Source: Octopus vulgaris (lineage: Eukaryota). From it: 64,000 nt of DNA. Below the pieces are notes generated by a model. It did not search any database, had not been told where the DNA came from, and was given only the letters and a program-made list of their open reading frames with translations. Shown in pieces: positions 37,540 through 52,229 of this stretch; position 1 is the stretch's first letter, and each line of letters begins with the position of its first letter. Position numbers and translations under genes: made by a program. The stretch is taken from contig OX597836.1 in assembly GCA_951406725.2 (NCBI GenBank), forward strand, positions 3,038,001-3,102,000. The letters are read 5' to 3'.

Positions 37540-37755
37540 ATCAACAAGAGATTCAGATGACAAGGCTGGCCCTTTGAAATACAGGAAGAAAGATTGAAAG
37601 TTGTGTTGAAAGTATACAGTAGGGTTCTCCAGAACCTCTGGAAGCTTTAGGTGTTTTTGCTAAATAAATACTAACAGCACCCGGTCTGGGAATCGAAACC
37701 GCGATCCTATATCTGTGAGTCTATTGCCCCAACCACTGGTCCATTGCGTCTCCAC
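37540..37755 (-). mobile_element. SINE (family D/E-related) fragments
   Basis: GACAAGGCTGGCCCTTTGAAATACAGG and GGGAATCGAAACCGCGATC...AACCACTGGTCCATTGCGTCTCCAC (reverse complement of a tRNA-like head). Confidence 0.6.
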
Positions 37756-38097
37756 AAATTCTACATCGATAGTTAAGTCTTACATTCTTTAATGGAGTAA
37801 ACAATACATTTTCAAAATGTTGCCTTCGTTGTGAACTTTGGTAATACAAGGTGGTTGTTAGAAATCTTCTCCTAGAAATACATTATACAGTCATTAAACA
37901 AGTTGTTCTGTTTATCTTGGCTTTTCTGATTTGATTTCACTTATTAAGAAGTGCGGAAAATAATTATCATAATTCGATAAATATTATTGCAACCCACAAG
38001 ATGTTTTTTTTTAATGTGGAAATAACAGTAGCAACACCAATAATCATAGCAATTATGTATATGTTTGCGTGCTTCTGAGTGCGTGTATGTGAGTTTG

Positions 38098-38343
<246 letters not shown>

Positions 38344-40419
38344 GATATATACATACTACATATACATATATTTATATAGATAGATAAATATATAGTCCGA
38401 GAAAGAAAGAGAGAGAGAGAGAAAAAGTAGGTGGGAGAGAATGTGTCGGTGTTAGTGAGTGTTGGTATGATTTAATTAAAACCTCGGTGAGATTTAATAA
38501 ATTTTGAAATTAAATTTACTTTCATACTTAATCCTAGATTAAAAATATAAAGTAAATGTTTTGCGTGTGAAAGTAAACAGCAAATGGCGGATAAGAGTCT
38601 CCGGCTCAAAATAGCTGCCATGTTTAATATACACATTTTGTTTTATTTGCATTGCGATCCACACTTTATATATAATCCTCCATACTTGTAATCTTTATTT
38701 AATCCTCGGGATTACACTTCATATCACTGTCCTTTAATCCAGTTATATTTATTATTCTAATCCCTTGTATCATTATATGATATTATTGGGTAGAATGAAT
38801 TGATATGTTTGTTGTTTATTTTGTTATTAGTTTTATTGTTTTTGTTTTGTTTTGTTTGGGTTTAGTTTCTCTCTTTTCTTGCTTTACCTGTTGATCTTGT
38901 TAATCATAAGGTGAGCTACGCTGAATCGAAATAGTTTCCAACCATGGCTATTTCATCTTGTTAGCTATGCATGGAATTATATGCGAAGACGAGTAAACAA
39001 GTGGTTGTGGTACTGAGCATATGAAAGTTAGGGAATGGATTTGATCCTCAAACCGGATGATGCACAACATGGTTGATTAAGATATTTTCTTGTTTGTCAC
39101 CTCTGTATCCTCTGTTCAATATGAGTCCCAGGGGCAGATAACAAATCAACCACGGAACAAAATCCATTCAGAAAAACCCTTCAATTCTATGCCTAAACGC
39201 GTCAACCATTCGAAAAAATTCCTGATTCAAGGGCTTTTAGAATCGTAGGAGATTTTATATGTTTACATTTTGTAATCTCTTCTCTTCTTATTTAGAGTGG
39301 TCATGTGTTATTTGGAGGAAATCCAGGTTCTTCCTCTGACGGACACAGACACAACTTAGAGGTTCGCCTTTGAGGTCACACTGGATGATTCTTGTTCTTG
39401 TAATGGTTGTGGGCTAGGGCTTTAATTTAAGTTTGAATCTTATGTATTAGACCTGTAACCAAGTGTATTTCAAAACCGATCCCTATTGTGCTTTGTTATC
39501 TTTCAAAAACCATTCATGGTCAGTAACATTTTCGTTCCTTCTGGGTTTCATCTATTAAACACCATGAAGTAATTGGTTCGAGCACAGAGTTTTTTCCACG
39601 AGCAACAAAATCTATGGCTGTGTGCCTATTCTAAACATCGGCCAGTAAGAGACAACCTGGTTCTGACCAGCACAGCCTTTCAAAATATTTAGGACAAAAT
39701 TGACCCAGTGAGTATTCTAAAGATTTAAAATAGTTCGGTGTAATTGTGTGCGGCTGGAATCATGGCTAAATCTTTATCCAAATGGCCAATGAGTATTTTG
39801 TTACATTCTTATTTCAAACACGACATTAACTGATTTTCCTCATGTTTATCATTGACCGACAAACTGAAAGTACCAGTTAAATACTGGTGGCTATGTAATC
39901 ATATACAGCACTTGTTTCTACCTACGTGACGTAGCAATACACACGGTTTCAACATTGTGCATCAATCTTGTAAATGAAACACGATTTGTGATTGTCCCTA
40001 ATATCGATTTTGCTGTCATTAAGAATTCTAGGTTATCGGAGTTGGATGACCGTCTGGATTATTTATGATGCTTTGGTAGTATGATAATGCAGAAGCTCTC
40101 AATTAATTAGTCGTATAATCCATAGGGCCGCTGCGTTCATGGTAACAAAAACAATATGTTGAGTGTTTGCATAGAAACGGAATACGTAAGGACACACGTT
40201 CACCATTCTCTCGGCATCTTAGTCGTATATCTTTACAACTTTCATTCATTCTCTTTCACACACACAATCTCTCTCTGTCTCTCTGTCTCTCTCTCTCTCT
40301 GTCTCCCCCTCTCTCTCTCAGACAGACAGATAAATGAAAATATACGTTCATATTAGTCTTGGATGATTCCTGTTGTGAAATCGTGTGTTGTTACAGATAC
40401 CGTTATACTTCGGCATTCT

Positions 40420-40646
40420 CTCTTTCATTTTTCTATTTGTTTCAACATTTGAATGCGGCCATGCTGGAGCATCGCCTTTAGAGGAACAAATCCACCCTAG
40501 GACTTATTCTTTGTAAGCCTAGTATTTATTCTATCGGTCTTTTTTGCTGAACCGCTAGATTACAGGGACGTAAAGCCAGCATCGGTTGTCAAGCGATGGT
40601 GGGCGGACACAGACACAATGACACACACATAAATATATATAAATAC

Positions 40647-40722
<76 letters not shown>

Positions 40723-40901
40723 ATATATATAAACACGCATATGACGGGCTTTTTACAGTTTCCGTCAACGAAATCCACATACAAGGTGTTGGCCTAGCCC
40801 AAGTTGCAACGCAGTGTGATTGAAGCCGGGACCATGTGGTTGGCAAGCAAGATACTTACCACACAGCCACGCCTGTCCCTCTCACAGCCACTCCTGCGCC
40901 T
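40420..40901 (-). mobile_element. SINE family C, full length with expanded internal microsatellite and duplicated 5' tip
   Basis: Tail GCGGCCATGCTGGAGCATCGCCTTTAG, body CCAGCATCGGTTGTCAAGCG, head ACCACACAGCCACGCCTG followed by a second CACAGCCACTCCTGCGCC. Confidence 0.88.
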
Positions 40902-41304
40902 ATTGATGGTCACATTATTTTCCTTTATCTTTTTTTCTGGATATAAGGAAAAGATCGTTATTTTAAATAGCGACCAAAGACCAATGGCATCTTGTTCTTT
41001 ATTAAATTCTTTATGTAGTTTTAGAGTCAGGTTTTGCTTATTATTTCAAGCATGGGGATGTCTTTTAGATGCCCTTATTTATAATTTTAATGCATATGTG
41101 TGTGCGTATGGAGTACGTACGTATGTATGTATATTTCCATATAGATATAATAGTTTATTTATCTATTTGTATGGCGTTTTATATACCTCCATTATTCTTA
41201 TATTTCATCGAAGCTATTTCTTTATCTTCCCGCATTATCCAGACAATGATAATATATTAAAGTTGATTGTTTGCCTGTTTCATCATTTGTGTTAACCATA
41301 TTAC

Positions 41305-41316
41305 TATTAGTATTAA

Positions 41317-41350
<34 letters not shown>

Positions 41351-41467
41351 TCATTTTTATTGTTGCTGACGTTGTTTTTGTTAGTGTTATTGTCATTATT
41401 TTCATTAACGTTTCTGTTACGTTTATAATTTTTATTGCTAACATTACTACTACTACTACTACTACTT

Positions 41468-41556
<89 letters not shown>

Positions 41557-41660
41557 GATGATAATAATAATAATGATAATGATAATAATGATGATAATAA
41601 TAATAATGATGATGATGATGCTACTACTACTACTACTACTCGTACTGTTATTGCTATTAT
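41305..41660. repeat. Compound trinucleotide microsatellite (ATT/ACT/AAT/GAT)
   Basis: Directly visible. Confidence 0.95.
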
Positions 41661-42533
41661 CACTCGTACAATTACATTCTCTTTTTTCTTCCTTCAATCC
41701 CGGTCACTCTCAGATCAGTACAAACAACAGACCACTTACGATAGTCTGCTCTGTTCTCTCATCATTGTTATCCTCTTTCGTAACGAACGAGTAAGAGGGG
41801 AGGTTTGGGAACTACCTTTTGTTTCCTTCATATTGCCGATAGAATATTCCTGTTGTTATGGCCATGGGTGTGGTTAATGGCATTGTTGTTGGTAAAAGTT
41901 TACTTAGTGGACCATTATTTTTTTTCCGTTTCTGTTTAAACTTTCATTTATATCACTTCTGTTGGCTTATTGTGAGCTATTGTATAAGGGTCAACCACTC
42001 GTTTCTCTTTTTCTTTATTTTTGTCTCTTATTTTTTTCATTCTTTGTTACAGAAACTGACAAAAAACATCCTAAATATTAATTGATAATAATCATTGTAT
42101 TTTTTTCAGCGTGTCTGTGTGTCTCGTCTTTCTAAACTATAATAAAAGTTTAAAGATGCAAAAATGAAATAAATAAAAAAAAAACAGAAAATAGGCGAAA
42201 CGAGCAATGATTCTGGAGAAGATAGATCCCTGGAGTATTCCATTGTTTGCTGTCTTTAACATATATATATACACTGTCTTCATATATATGGGCGAAAACA
42301 CATACACACCAATTGTTTCAATATATATATGTGTGTATATAGAGTATAGGTGTGTGTGTGTGTGTGTGTATAGAGTATGGGTGTGTCTGTTCATAGATGC
42401 ATTTGTGTATGCGATATTGAGTCATTACTTGTGCGTACGTTATTTGTCATGCATTCTTTTAATTCCTGCGCTGCGCAAAGATATGACCAATGAGAGTTTG
42501 GTTATTGTAACAATATCCCTCAATATACCTATA

Positions 42534-42673
<140 letters not shown>

Positions 42674-44125
42674 TAAATGTGTGTATATACATATATATAC
42701 ATATATATATATATATGTATGTATATATACATTTAAATATTGTATACATAAATAAGTACATATATAAATATAGATCCATGTGTGTCTGTCTGTCCCTATG
42801 TATTCTTCTTTGTGACTTTACGTCTTTACACGTATCTAAACAATTACAAACGTTTTCTATTTAAGACATAAATATATTGCTACTAACATTCACTTTATAT
42901 TTCTTGGTGTTTCTTCCCTTTGCGGGATATGAATAAACAATGTATTATACAAATAACAATCGCCTTTTCTTTAACTGTCTTTGTCTCCTTTTCATTTTTA
43001 CGTTTGTATTTCTTCTCAGCCGTAGTACAAACATTTGCCATCCTATTTCCTTTAAAATTTATAGGATTAGGTCATCCTACAGATGTTATTTAATTATTTA
43101 TTTAATATAATTTTCTTCAATCTCGGAGCCTACAGGCTTGTATTTTGATAAAGGTTCCACTATCATTTCTAAGTGGCCCCTGATAAAACAACTCTACAAT
43201 GTTGAGTAAGGAATTGAAACACCTTCCAGTATACAAACCAGTATACAAAATTTAGGGGTTTAATTTCATGCCCTTCAACGAAGAATTCACTAGGTCAAGG
43301 AACTGATTTCATCGGTTCATTGTACTGTCGATTAATTATAAAACGAATATGATAACAATGGAAATACTTTCATTAAATAAAATATAAACTTTTTTTCGAC
43401 ATAGTGTACAGGCCTACGCCGAAGTCAGAGAATAAGTTGCTGATATGAAACTGAAATATTGTGAATTGACTCATAATTCAAAACGGGAGAAAATCAGACG
43501 TCTACGACTTTCTCCTCCGGGTCTGTGTATTCTAATATTTTGCAGTAAATAGTTAAAATATAGTGTATACGCAATTAAACAGGTTTCGAAACCCCTCCTC
43601 AACAGAGTTAAAAAAAAAAAATATTTTAAGCGAGTGAAGTAAATTTGCCGTTTTCGTATCGAGTGTGACCAATATGGAACTGTAACTAAATGTAGATTCA
43701 GTTGACATGAAGCCAAAAAAATATAAATCTCGAAAACATCAAAAAAACAAAAAAAAAGGAGAAACAAAACTGGGAAGAAAATGTGTTGAATATTTTTATT
43801 TTCACAAGCAGAAACTAAAATTAATTCTTTACATCATATGAATATTAAACCGTTGTTCATTTCATCTTAATCAATTTTATATATAGATAGCTTTGTCTGT
43901 TTTATAAAAACACAGCTGTGCACAGACCACAATTGTCTCTCACACACTTAATTTAATCTGCCTTGACTTGTAAATCGAAGCTCACAGATCGCTCAACAAG
44001 TAAGCTGTTCTTCTATTCTCTAACAATGCTGTCATTACTCTTTCTTTCCATCTTTGTGTTGATAATTAAACCCAGGGAAATGGAAAATTGCAAACGAGCA
44101 GCAGAGACATTTTATATGTACTGGA

Positions 44126-44740
44126 ATATTCTTTTCTACTCTAGGCACAAGGCCCCAAAATTTGTGGGTGTGGCAAGTCGATTGGGTCGACTCTAATACG
44201 CAACTGGTACTTAATTTATTGACCCCGAAAGGATGAATAACAAAGTCAACCTCGGCGCAATTTGAACTGAGACCGTAAAGACAAATGAAATACCTATTTC
44301 TTTACTACCCACTAGGGGCTAAACACAGAGAAGACAACAAGGACAGACAAACGGATTAAATCGATTATAACGAGTCCAGTGCGTAACTGGTACTTATTTA
44401 ATCGACCCCGAAAGGATGACAGGCAAAGTAGACCTCGGCGGAATTTGAACTCAGAACGTAGCGGCAGACGAAATACCGCTAAACATTTCGCCCGGTTTGC
44501 TAATGACTCTGCCAGCTCGCCGCCTTCAACGAAATGCCTATTTCTTTACTACCCACTAGAGGCTAAACACAGAGAGGACAAAAAAGGATAGACAAATGGA
44601 TTAAGTCAATTATATCGACCCCAGTGCATTACTGGTACTTATTTAATCGACCCCGAAAGGATGAACTGCAAAGTCGACCTCGGCGGAATTTGAACTCACA
44701 ACGTAACGGCGTGCTAGCGATTCTGCCAGCTCACCCCTTG
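44126..44740 (-). mobile_element. SINE family A nested array: young copy, then full-length young copy (44295-44527), then headless older copy
   Basis: Three central domains. The young tails ...GTAGTAAAGAAATA are each followed by GG(C/T)ATTTC(G/A)TT. The last unit has the older tail GGCCTTGTGCCTAGAGTAGAAAAG. Confidence 0.92.
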
Positions 44741-46226
44741 AACTGTGTGAAATATTACTTTTACATGAAAGAACTCGCTGCACATGAAATGAATCACATA
44801 TATGTCGCAATGCGGGTGAGTATATTACTAATTACATGAATCTCATTAAGCTCCAACAGAACGACAGTTAATAAACACTTTATTGCTTAATTAATTACTA
44901 ACAATCTACAACCATAACGGTGACATTTGGTCACTATTTGGAAGTTTCGTTCGCTCAACAAAATACATATCACTGCCAAACGTATCAGTAAATCGCACAA
45001 TTTCATTCGATGTTAAAGGAATTTTTCTTGAAGTCCGTGAATCTGTAATTTTAAGACTTTCCCTTAATACAACTATATTTCCAGCTACGAAGCCGCTGTG
45101 CAACAGCTTGTACAAAGTGTCTTTTAATATAGCCTCGGGTCGTCCGAAGGTTTATCAGTGAAATTGAATACAAGGAATCTGTACGGATGGATATTGGAGA
45201 GAATCGATTTTCTTTTCGTTTCGAGGCGGATTAATACGCTGCGTGGTTTAACACAGTGACCGGATCATCTTGTGCCTTTCACAGAGCAAGGTTCTTCAGA
45301 TTAAGTCGTATAAAACTAAGAAAAAAACAAACAGTAATAAAAACGTGTATTCAAACACAGTCAAATGTATAAAGAGAAAGAGAAAGGTAGAGACAGAATA
45401 GGTATATGTGTGTGAGTGTGTGTATGCGTGCTTCTGTGTGTAAGAGAGAAATGTCGAAGACAGAATAATACAAAGAAGTACATACATAAAAGAAAGTCGA
45501 TAAATGTAGACGTGTACATATCCACACTTGCACACACATATATATGTATATAGAGATAAGTGTATTTATATATTCATTTATATATACATGTATATATATT
45601 GGTACTTATATATTTATTAATATATATATATATATGTATGTATATACATACGTGTGTGTGTGTGTTCGGGTAACTACAAACATAAATACACAGCTAAATG
45701 TACAGAAAGATGAAAACAAACCGTGTAATGAGTGATTATATATTTTTGTCACAAATTTTCCATGAATAAGACAGAGAAAGGAAATAGTCGAAAAGAAGGC
45801 CACCGGGTTCTTTCGCAGTAGGCTTCCAAATTAGATCAATACTAACACATAAGAATAGTTGTCACACTAGATATCACTATGTACACAGAAACTGGACAGG
45901 ATTCTCTATAATCATTGGTCGAGATGCCCGAAGGAGGTACTACGGATTTTCCATAAAATCTTTATTGTACTCGCTTAAAAATTGGAAATTCACTTCCGGT
46001 TATGTAGTGGAAGGTACGATTTTTCTCAATAAATGACGTCCCTTCTAGCCCGAAGCGCATTTGAACATGTCACTGCTTGTTTATAAATGTCACACATATA
46101 TAAACAACAATACACTAGATATACTAAAGGGTGCTACATATAATTCATATTACGTAACATGTCAATATTTTATAGATATTATACGTGCGTCTGTGTGTGT
46201 GTGTAAATGTATAAATACACACACAT

Positions 46227-46296
<70 letters not shown>

Positions 46297-46406
46297 TATA
46301 TAAATAGATATATATATATATATATATACATATATAGATATATAGATATACATGCATATATATAAATATACATACATACATACAAATATACATACATACA
46401 TACATA

Positions 46407-46550
46407 TGCGCATGAGTCGCTCTGTCTGTAAGTAACTTCCTTACCAACCACATGATTCCAGGTTCACTCCCACTGCGTGGCACCTTGGGCGAATGTCTTC
46501 TGCTATAGACGTGAATGAAAGAAGCCTGTCGTATATACATACACACACAC

Positions 46551-46603
<53 letters not shown>

Positions 46604-46738
46604 CATGTAACGGTGCGGCAACAGAAACCGATAATATAACCCACAAGGCTTAAAAAGAATAAGTCCTGGGGTAGATTTCCTCGACTAAAGGCAGTGCTCC
46701 AGTATGGCCGCAGTCAAACGTTATAAAAGAATAAAAAA
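46407..46738 (+). mobile_element. SINE family C with internal (TA)n and deletions
   Basis: CCAACCACATGATTCCAGGTTCACTCCCACTGCGTGGCACCTTGGGC...AAGAATAAGTCCTGGGG...TCGACTAAAGGCAGTGCTCCAGTATGGCCGCAGTC. Confidence 0.85.
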
Positions 46739-46805
46739 TAATATATATATACGTATTGTGTGAGAAAGAAAATGTCGAAGACAGTTGTAAGACACACACA
46801 CATAC

Positions 46806-46836
<31 letters not shown>

Positions 46837-47818
46837 TAATTCTTATTATAAAATATAATTGAAATACATCATAAAAATAATATTCAACATACAATCATAG
46901 AAACTACGTGAATGATTTCACTATTCAAATGCAGATGCCACCTGCCTTTACTGAATTCTTCCTATTATTTTCGTAGAGGTTTCGTTTTATTGTGGTTCAT
47001 ATTTCTCATGCAGAATGTCTAAGTAATGTGAATGTGGTAATGCTCAAATTTTCTTTTCTTATTATCTTCACCATCACAAACACTTTTTGTGATGTCTCAC
47101 ATCAATAAGAAGGTAGGCTTATACAGCATTAAAGATGGTGATTTAAGAGATAGATTCGTAACTTAAATCATATTATATTTGCCCAGATTTTTAAAAATCT
47201 TAGTTTAGGTTTTTGCTTTTGTGACACGACAATCATTCGCCAAAGTTAATAAATTAGTCGCCCTAATTCCCAGCTAACTTAATTTCACCTAACAGTCTAA
47301 ATCTTTAAAGACTGAAAACCACATTCATCAATATGATCTAGGATTAACCGTAAAATGGTTAAGATTATAATATCTGGAATTATCTTATCCGAATGCCTGC
47401 TCTGTTAGATTAAACCTTGTTTACGATAAAATAACAGCAATAAAAGTTATCTTATTTCTTCACACTGCAGGATGCATACAGAGAGCTTCACACATTTTAT
47501 TTATACGAAGATTCATTTTTTGCATCAGTGACAGCAAAGGGAGAGACCTAGGTCAAATTCCAGTTTATTAGCCCTATTAAAATCGAACCCTGTGGTATAT
47601 GTCATCCCTCTTACTCGAATGTTGTACCTATTAGTATTTCGTGTTGTGATTTTTGTCCTTTCCTGTTGCTTTTGTTGTCGTTCCTATTCTTTGGTTTTCT
47701 AATATTGTTGTTCTTTTCAGTTTTCGTATTTTCCTAATTTTGCAGTGTGTGTTTTGGGGTTTTTTTTTTTGTTACTGTTGTTGTTTTCTTGGTGTTGTTC
47801 ACATTAGGTTGTCGTTAT

Positions 47819-47996
47819 AAGGCGGTGAGATGCCAGAATCATTGGCAACACGAACGAACTACCGTCTTTACCTTCTGACGTCAAATCCCCTCCAAAGTCG
47901 TCTTTGCATTTCATCCTTTCGGGGTCTATAAAATAAGTACCAGTTGAATGCTGGTGTCGACATAATCGACTTACCACCTCCCTCCAAATTTCAGGT
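47819..47996 (+). mobile_element. SINE family A, older subfamily
   Basis: AAGGCGGTGAG...CCGTCTTTAC...TTTCATCCTTTCGGGGTCTATAAAATAAGTACCAG...AAATTTCAGG. Confidence 0.8.
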
Positions 47997-50214
47997 ATTT
48001 TGCTGGTGTTGCTAATACTGCTACTTTATAACAGCTCCGCTTTCATTGAACAAACCCATGTCAAAGGAGCCACAGCCATAACCACCCCATCTTTTGCTAA
48101 ATCTAACACTACATTGCAAAACACATACTTCTATAGTATTTTAGGGCAACTCATAATATCGATGTTATTTTGCCATTTTTTTGGAAGTCTCAGCCGCCTA
48201 TTTTTGTCGCACCAGGTTTCTTCTTATTTTATTTTTAACCTTGCTTGATCGGACTTTTATTATTCCGTTATTTCGTGAATTAGGGACCAAATTCTACAAT
48301 GCGGACATTTAAAACAGTAGACTGTGATTCAAGGAATGTTTATCTACTATTTCTAGCATTTTTACCGGCCATGTTAAGTTCAGACTAGGCAATCCTCGCC
48401 TGTGGCACAATTTTGGCAAGCATTCAAATCTGCAGACATCTCCTGACTGGTCTCCAAAATCCAAAATGTCATTACAGTACAAAAAACTTCCAGTCCATAC
48501 AGACCAAACCACTAATTTCATTATAAGTTGAATTCAACACACGTAAGAGCCACACATATTTCTCTCAGCTGTAAAGCTTGTCTTCAGGCATTAATCATTA
48601 ATCAGAACACATACGAACTGATGACGTATCGGTCATAATATTATTACAGCCAATTAGCATTTATTATTTATCCGTTCATTTGTCGAAGTCTATTAAAGAT
48701 TTCATTTCCCTATAGTAAAGTGCATAACGGTAAGAGTTTGTGAAAATGGCTTATATTATCGATGGAAAGCGGACAGAAAATTAGTTTTCGTGTAGGAATT
48801 GTAAAGTGTGAAAAGATGAGATCCAATACTAGTTTATGGTATCGATAGAAACTCTTCAACACCACTTTGAGATCAAGTATAGAGACCAAGAAAAACTGAA
48901 AGACATTCTGTTTTTAGAAAATCTAACACATTTGAAAGAATTGATATAGTCGTCGTAGTCGATTAATTAGAAAATTAATGAAAATACTTCTGTAACGTAA
49001 AGCAAGTTATGGTTGGTGTGGCATATTCGCAATACAAGGGATGCAAAACGTTCAGTATGTTAAAGAATGATTCGGAAACAAAAAATTCTAAGTCAGACAT
49101 TCATGCAGGGTTATGTGATTTCAAATCCGATATTCAAGAGTTAAACCTTTTTGGTCCTATTCCTGAACATGGAAAACTGCCAGTTTCTTTGGCTACTCAT
49201 TTCCGATCGCTTAAAACTGAAGCCAATATTTTAACCAAGCGGTAGGCCAAATTTTTTGTAGAGATCGGTTATCTTTCGGACAGGTTAATTAAACATTGTC
49301 ACAGGATTTGCAAATCTCCTCCGCCAACCCGACATCAACACATTAATCTCAACAGCTTTGTTCTTCGGGGAATGAGGATTTTGAACTTCTATGAGTGTGA
49401 TCCGGTTCATTTCCAACGCTATCAAACTCGCTTATGCATTATTTATGATTGTTAGGCTTACTAATCGCAGGGTTTAGCATTCAAACACCATCAATCGATA
49501 CTGAATTTATACATTCGATTGTATTTCTCACGAGTTGACTTCCCAAAAGACCCTCGGTCTGATAAAATATGGTCATCACATTAGAATCTGTGAAAAAAAG
49601 ACAAACAGAACCAGAACTAACATACGGGCTTGATCGTATTGGGAATATCATTGATAAAGGAACAGAGAAATCGAGGATTTCTCACACCACGAACATCACT
49701 TTTTCATTGATCATTCGTCAAAAAAAAAAAAAAATCTACGGATGTTTATTTCGAGTCGTTAATAGGAAACGGAATGTAGCAAGAAAGTATCGCGATAGTA
49801 GATATATTGAATGATTTAAGAGTGAAGAAGGAAAAAAATGGTTAGGGTTTTTGGAGGAAGGATGTCAGTTCAGAATTGAGAATAACTTGAAGGATATCGA
49901 AAATAAATGGTTTGATTTTGTCTTACTTTCACTTCCTTCACCAGGTTGAGACTAACTTGGTACATTACACTTGTTTATGAATTTAGCAAGTCTGTAAGCT
50001 AAACGGGAGAGAAAATGAGAGAGAGAGGGGGGGGGTGTACCATTGAAAGGAAAGCGCAAAGAGATTATCATTTTCCATATAATTCAAAACATAACAACGT
50101 AAATAATTTTACTTTATGATTGAAAGTTGAAGGGAACGGTGCGTAAAGATACGTCTTGATACTTCGAAAATGGATAAGAATAAACTTGAAGACAAAACAG
50201 AAAGAATTATAAAG

Positions 50215-50515
50215 TGGATAAAGACCCCGCTTCGGTCATGAATGACCATGGGATTGCACCTAGAAAGTTCTCCTACGAGGTACAAGTCTAGCAGTTGCCC
50301 ATGCACACCAGCCTTACCTCTCCTCGCCACGGATTTATCCAAGAGAAAAGCAAAAACCGATACAGCTTGGCACCAGTGACGTGGTAACTTATTTGTACGG
50401 CTGAGTGAACTGGAGCAATGTGAAATAAACTGACTTGCTCCACAACACAATATACAGCTCGAGCCAAGAATCGAACACACTACCTCAGGATTGTATGCCC
50501 AATGGTTTAATCACC
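50215..50515 (-). mobile_element. SINE family B, diverged
   Basis: TAAAGACCCCGCTTCGGTCATGAATGACCATGGGATTGCACCTAGAAAGTT...CTGAGTGAACTGGAGCAA. Confidence 0.85.
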
Positions 50516-50599
50516 ACCTAAGACAGAAAAATAAAACATTGTACATAGATTTTTGAATAATCACTCTTATATAAGTGTTTCCTGGTTTCGTTTACACTG

Positions 50600-50815
50600 T
50601 CAGAATCGTTACAACGCCAGGTAAAATTCTTACGGTATTTCGCCTGCCGCTACGTTCTGAGTTCAAATTCCGCTGAGGTCGAATTTGCCTTTCATCTTTA
50701 CGTGGTCGAAAAATTAAGTACCAATGAAACACTGGAGTCGATGTAATTCACTAGCCCCTCCCACACACACACACACAAAAAAAATTTCAGGTCTTATGCT
50801 TTTAATAGAAAGGAT
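50600..50815 (+). mobile_element. SINE family A, older tail type
   Basis: CAGAATCGTTA...GGTATTTCGCCTGCCGCTACGTTCTGAGTTCAAATTCCGCTGAGGTCGA...AAATTTCAGG. Confidence 0.82.
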
Positions 50816-51891
50816 TAATTGAGAATATTAATTTACTGAGACATAAAGAGTTTCACCACTTTCAAGAATTCAAGTAATTGTTAAAGATGATACTGAAACA
50901 AGTTTCCTCGGAATTTGTGGTTTACTCTTTAGGTTCAGATAACATGAGATTTTGCAGTACCGTAAATAAACCAGAGTTATTTATAATTTACATGATTTGA
51001 CGGCAAACTTATCAAGTACGGGAAGATTCAGTTATTGAAAATTCCATTCATTTAACTGTCTGTAGTTTGGAGCATTTCCTCGAGGGAAATCGTTAATGAA
51101 AGGTAATATAAGTATCTGATATAACATTATCATGTGCTGTTCCACCTGTGCTAGTATCGCAAAAAGATTGCTACCTGTAATCAAGAAAGCATTTGAGAAC
51201 CATCCACAGGATTCTAAAGGTGTCGTTGTGGGCATTGCCTTATCACATTGGGGTTTTTTTTTCGTTTTGTAACATGGAAAATTAAGAATGGAATAAAAGT
51301 GGCTAAATAAATTACTATCTTCAGGGTAAAATAAGTGAAAGACGACAAACTTAAAAGCATTGGAAGGAACCTCGAAGCTAACTTATACTCAAGTGCGTCT
51401 ATGATTTACAAGAACGTAATATATACTTAGCTGTTAAGAACAATACCGTTAGCGAATTAAGGGCCAAAATCGGTTATTAGATGTGGCATTTATTGGTTAT
51501 TATAATAAATAACTTAAACGAGCCAATGATTGATCGGAAATTCAATTATTCCATGATAAATGAAAATGCGATTGTAAAACAAGCTGAGGGGTTCTGCGTC
51601 CAGTGAGACATTGGCATCGGTTTTAATCAATTATAAGCTATATCGGATGAAATGTAAAAAGTATTTTTTTATTTTTTTACTTGTATTTGTAACATAACGT
51701 GTGTGTGAGCGTATGTGAGTGTGTGTGACTGTGTGAGTAAGCCGTTCAGGCGATATACTTTACAATAAAATTTACAACGAAGAGGAATTGACAAATAAAT
51801 TTGACAGGGCATGTTGAAATCCGGGTGGTAAATCCAAGACACAGTACATCTGTCTTGCCTTCTATAAATAACATACATACATACATGCATG

Positions 51892-51922
<31 letters not shown>

Positions 51923-51932
51923 GTATATACAT

Positions 51933-51966
<34 letters not shown>

Positions 51967-52229
51967 ACGTGTATGTGAGTTATTATATGTTTACATATAT
52001 ATATAGAGAGAGAGATAGAGGGAGGAGAGAGAGACGTACATTGTAAAAGAGAAAGAGAGGTGGCCAAACAAGTGTTTCTACGGAATATATCATATTGAGA
52101 AGAAGAGAGACTAAGAGAGCCGTTACAGGAGAGATTAGTTCCAATATTGTAAAAATTGCTGAGACATGAGAACTAAAGTTGAAAGAAGCGCCTATTAATC
52201 ACTCTGTAATTCCTTTGCCAATGTGAGCC

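Noticed and set aside
49310-49375. Possible mariner SPDLNP-like motif; also TACGAGGG mariner-like TIR starts at ~7256 and ~7929
   Set aside because: The matches are too short and no partner TIR or other transposase motif was found.
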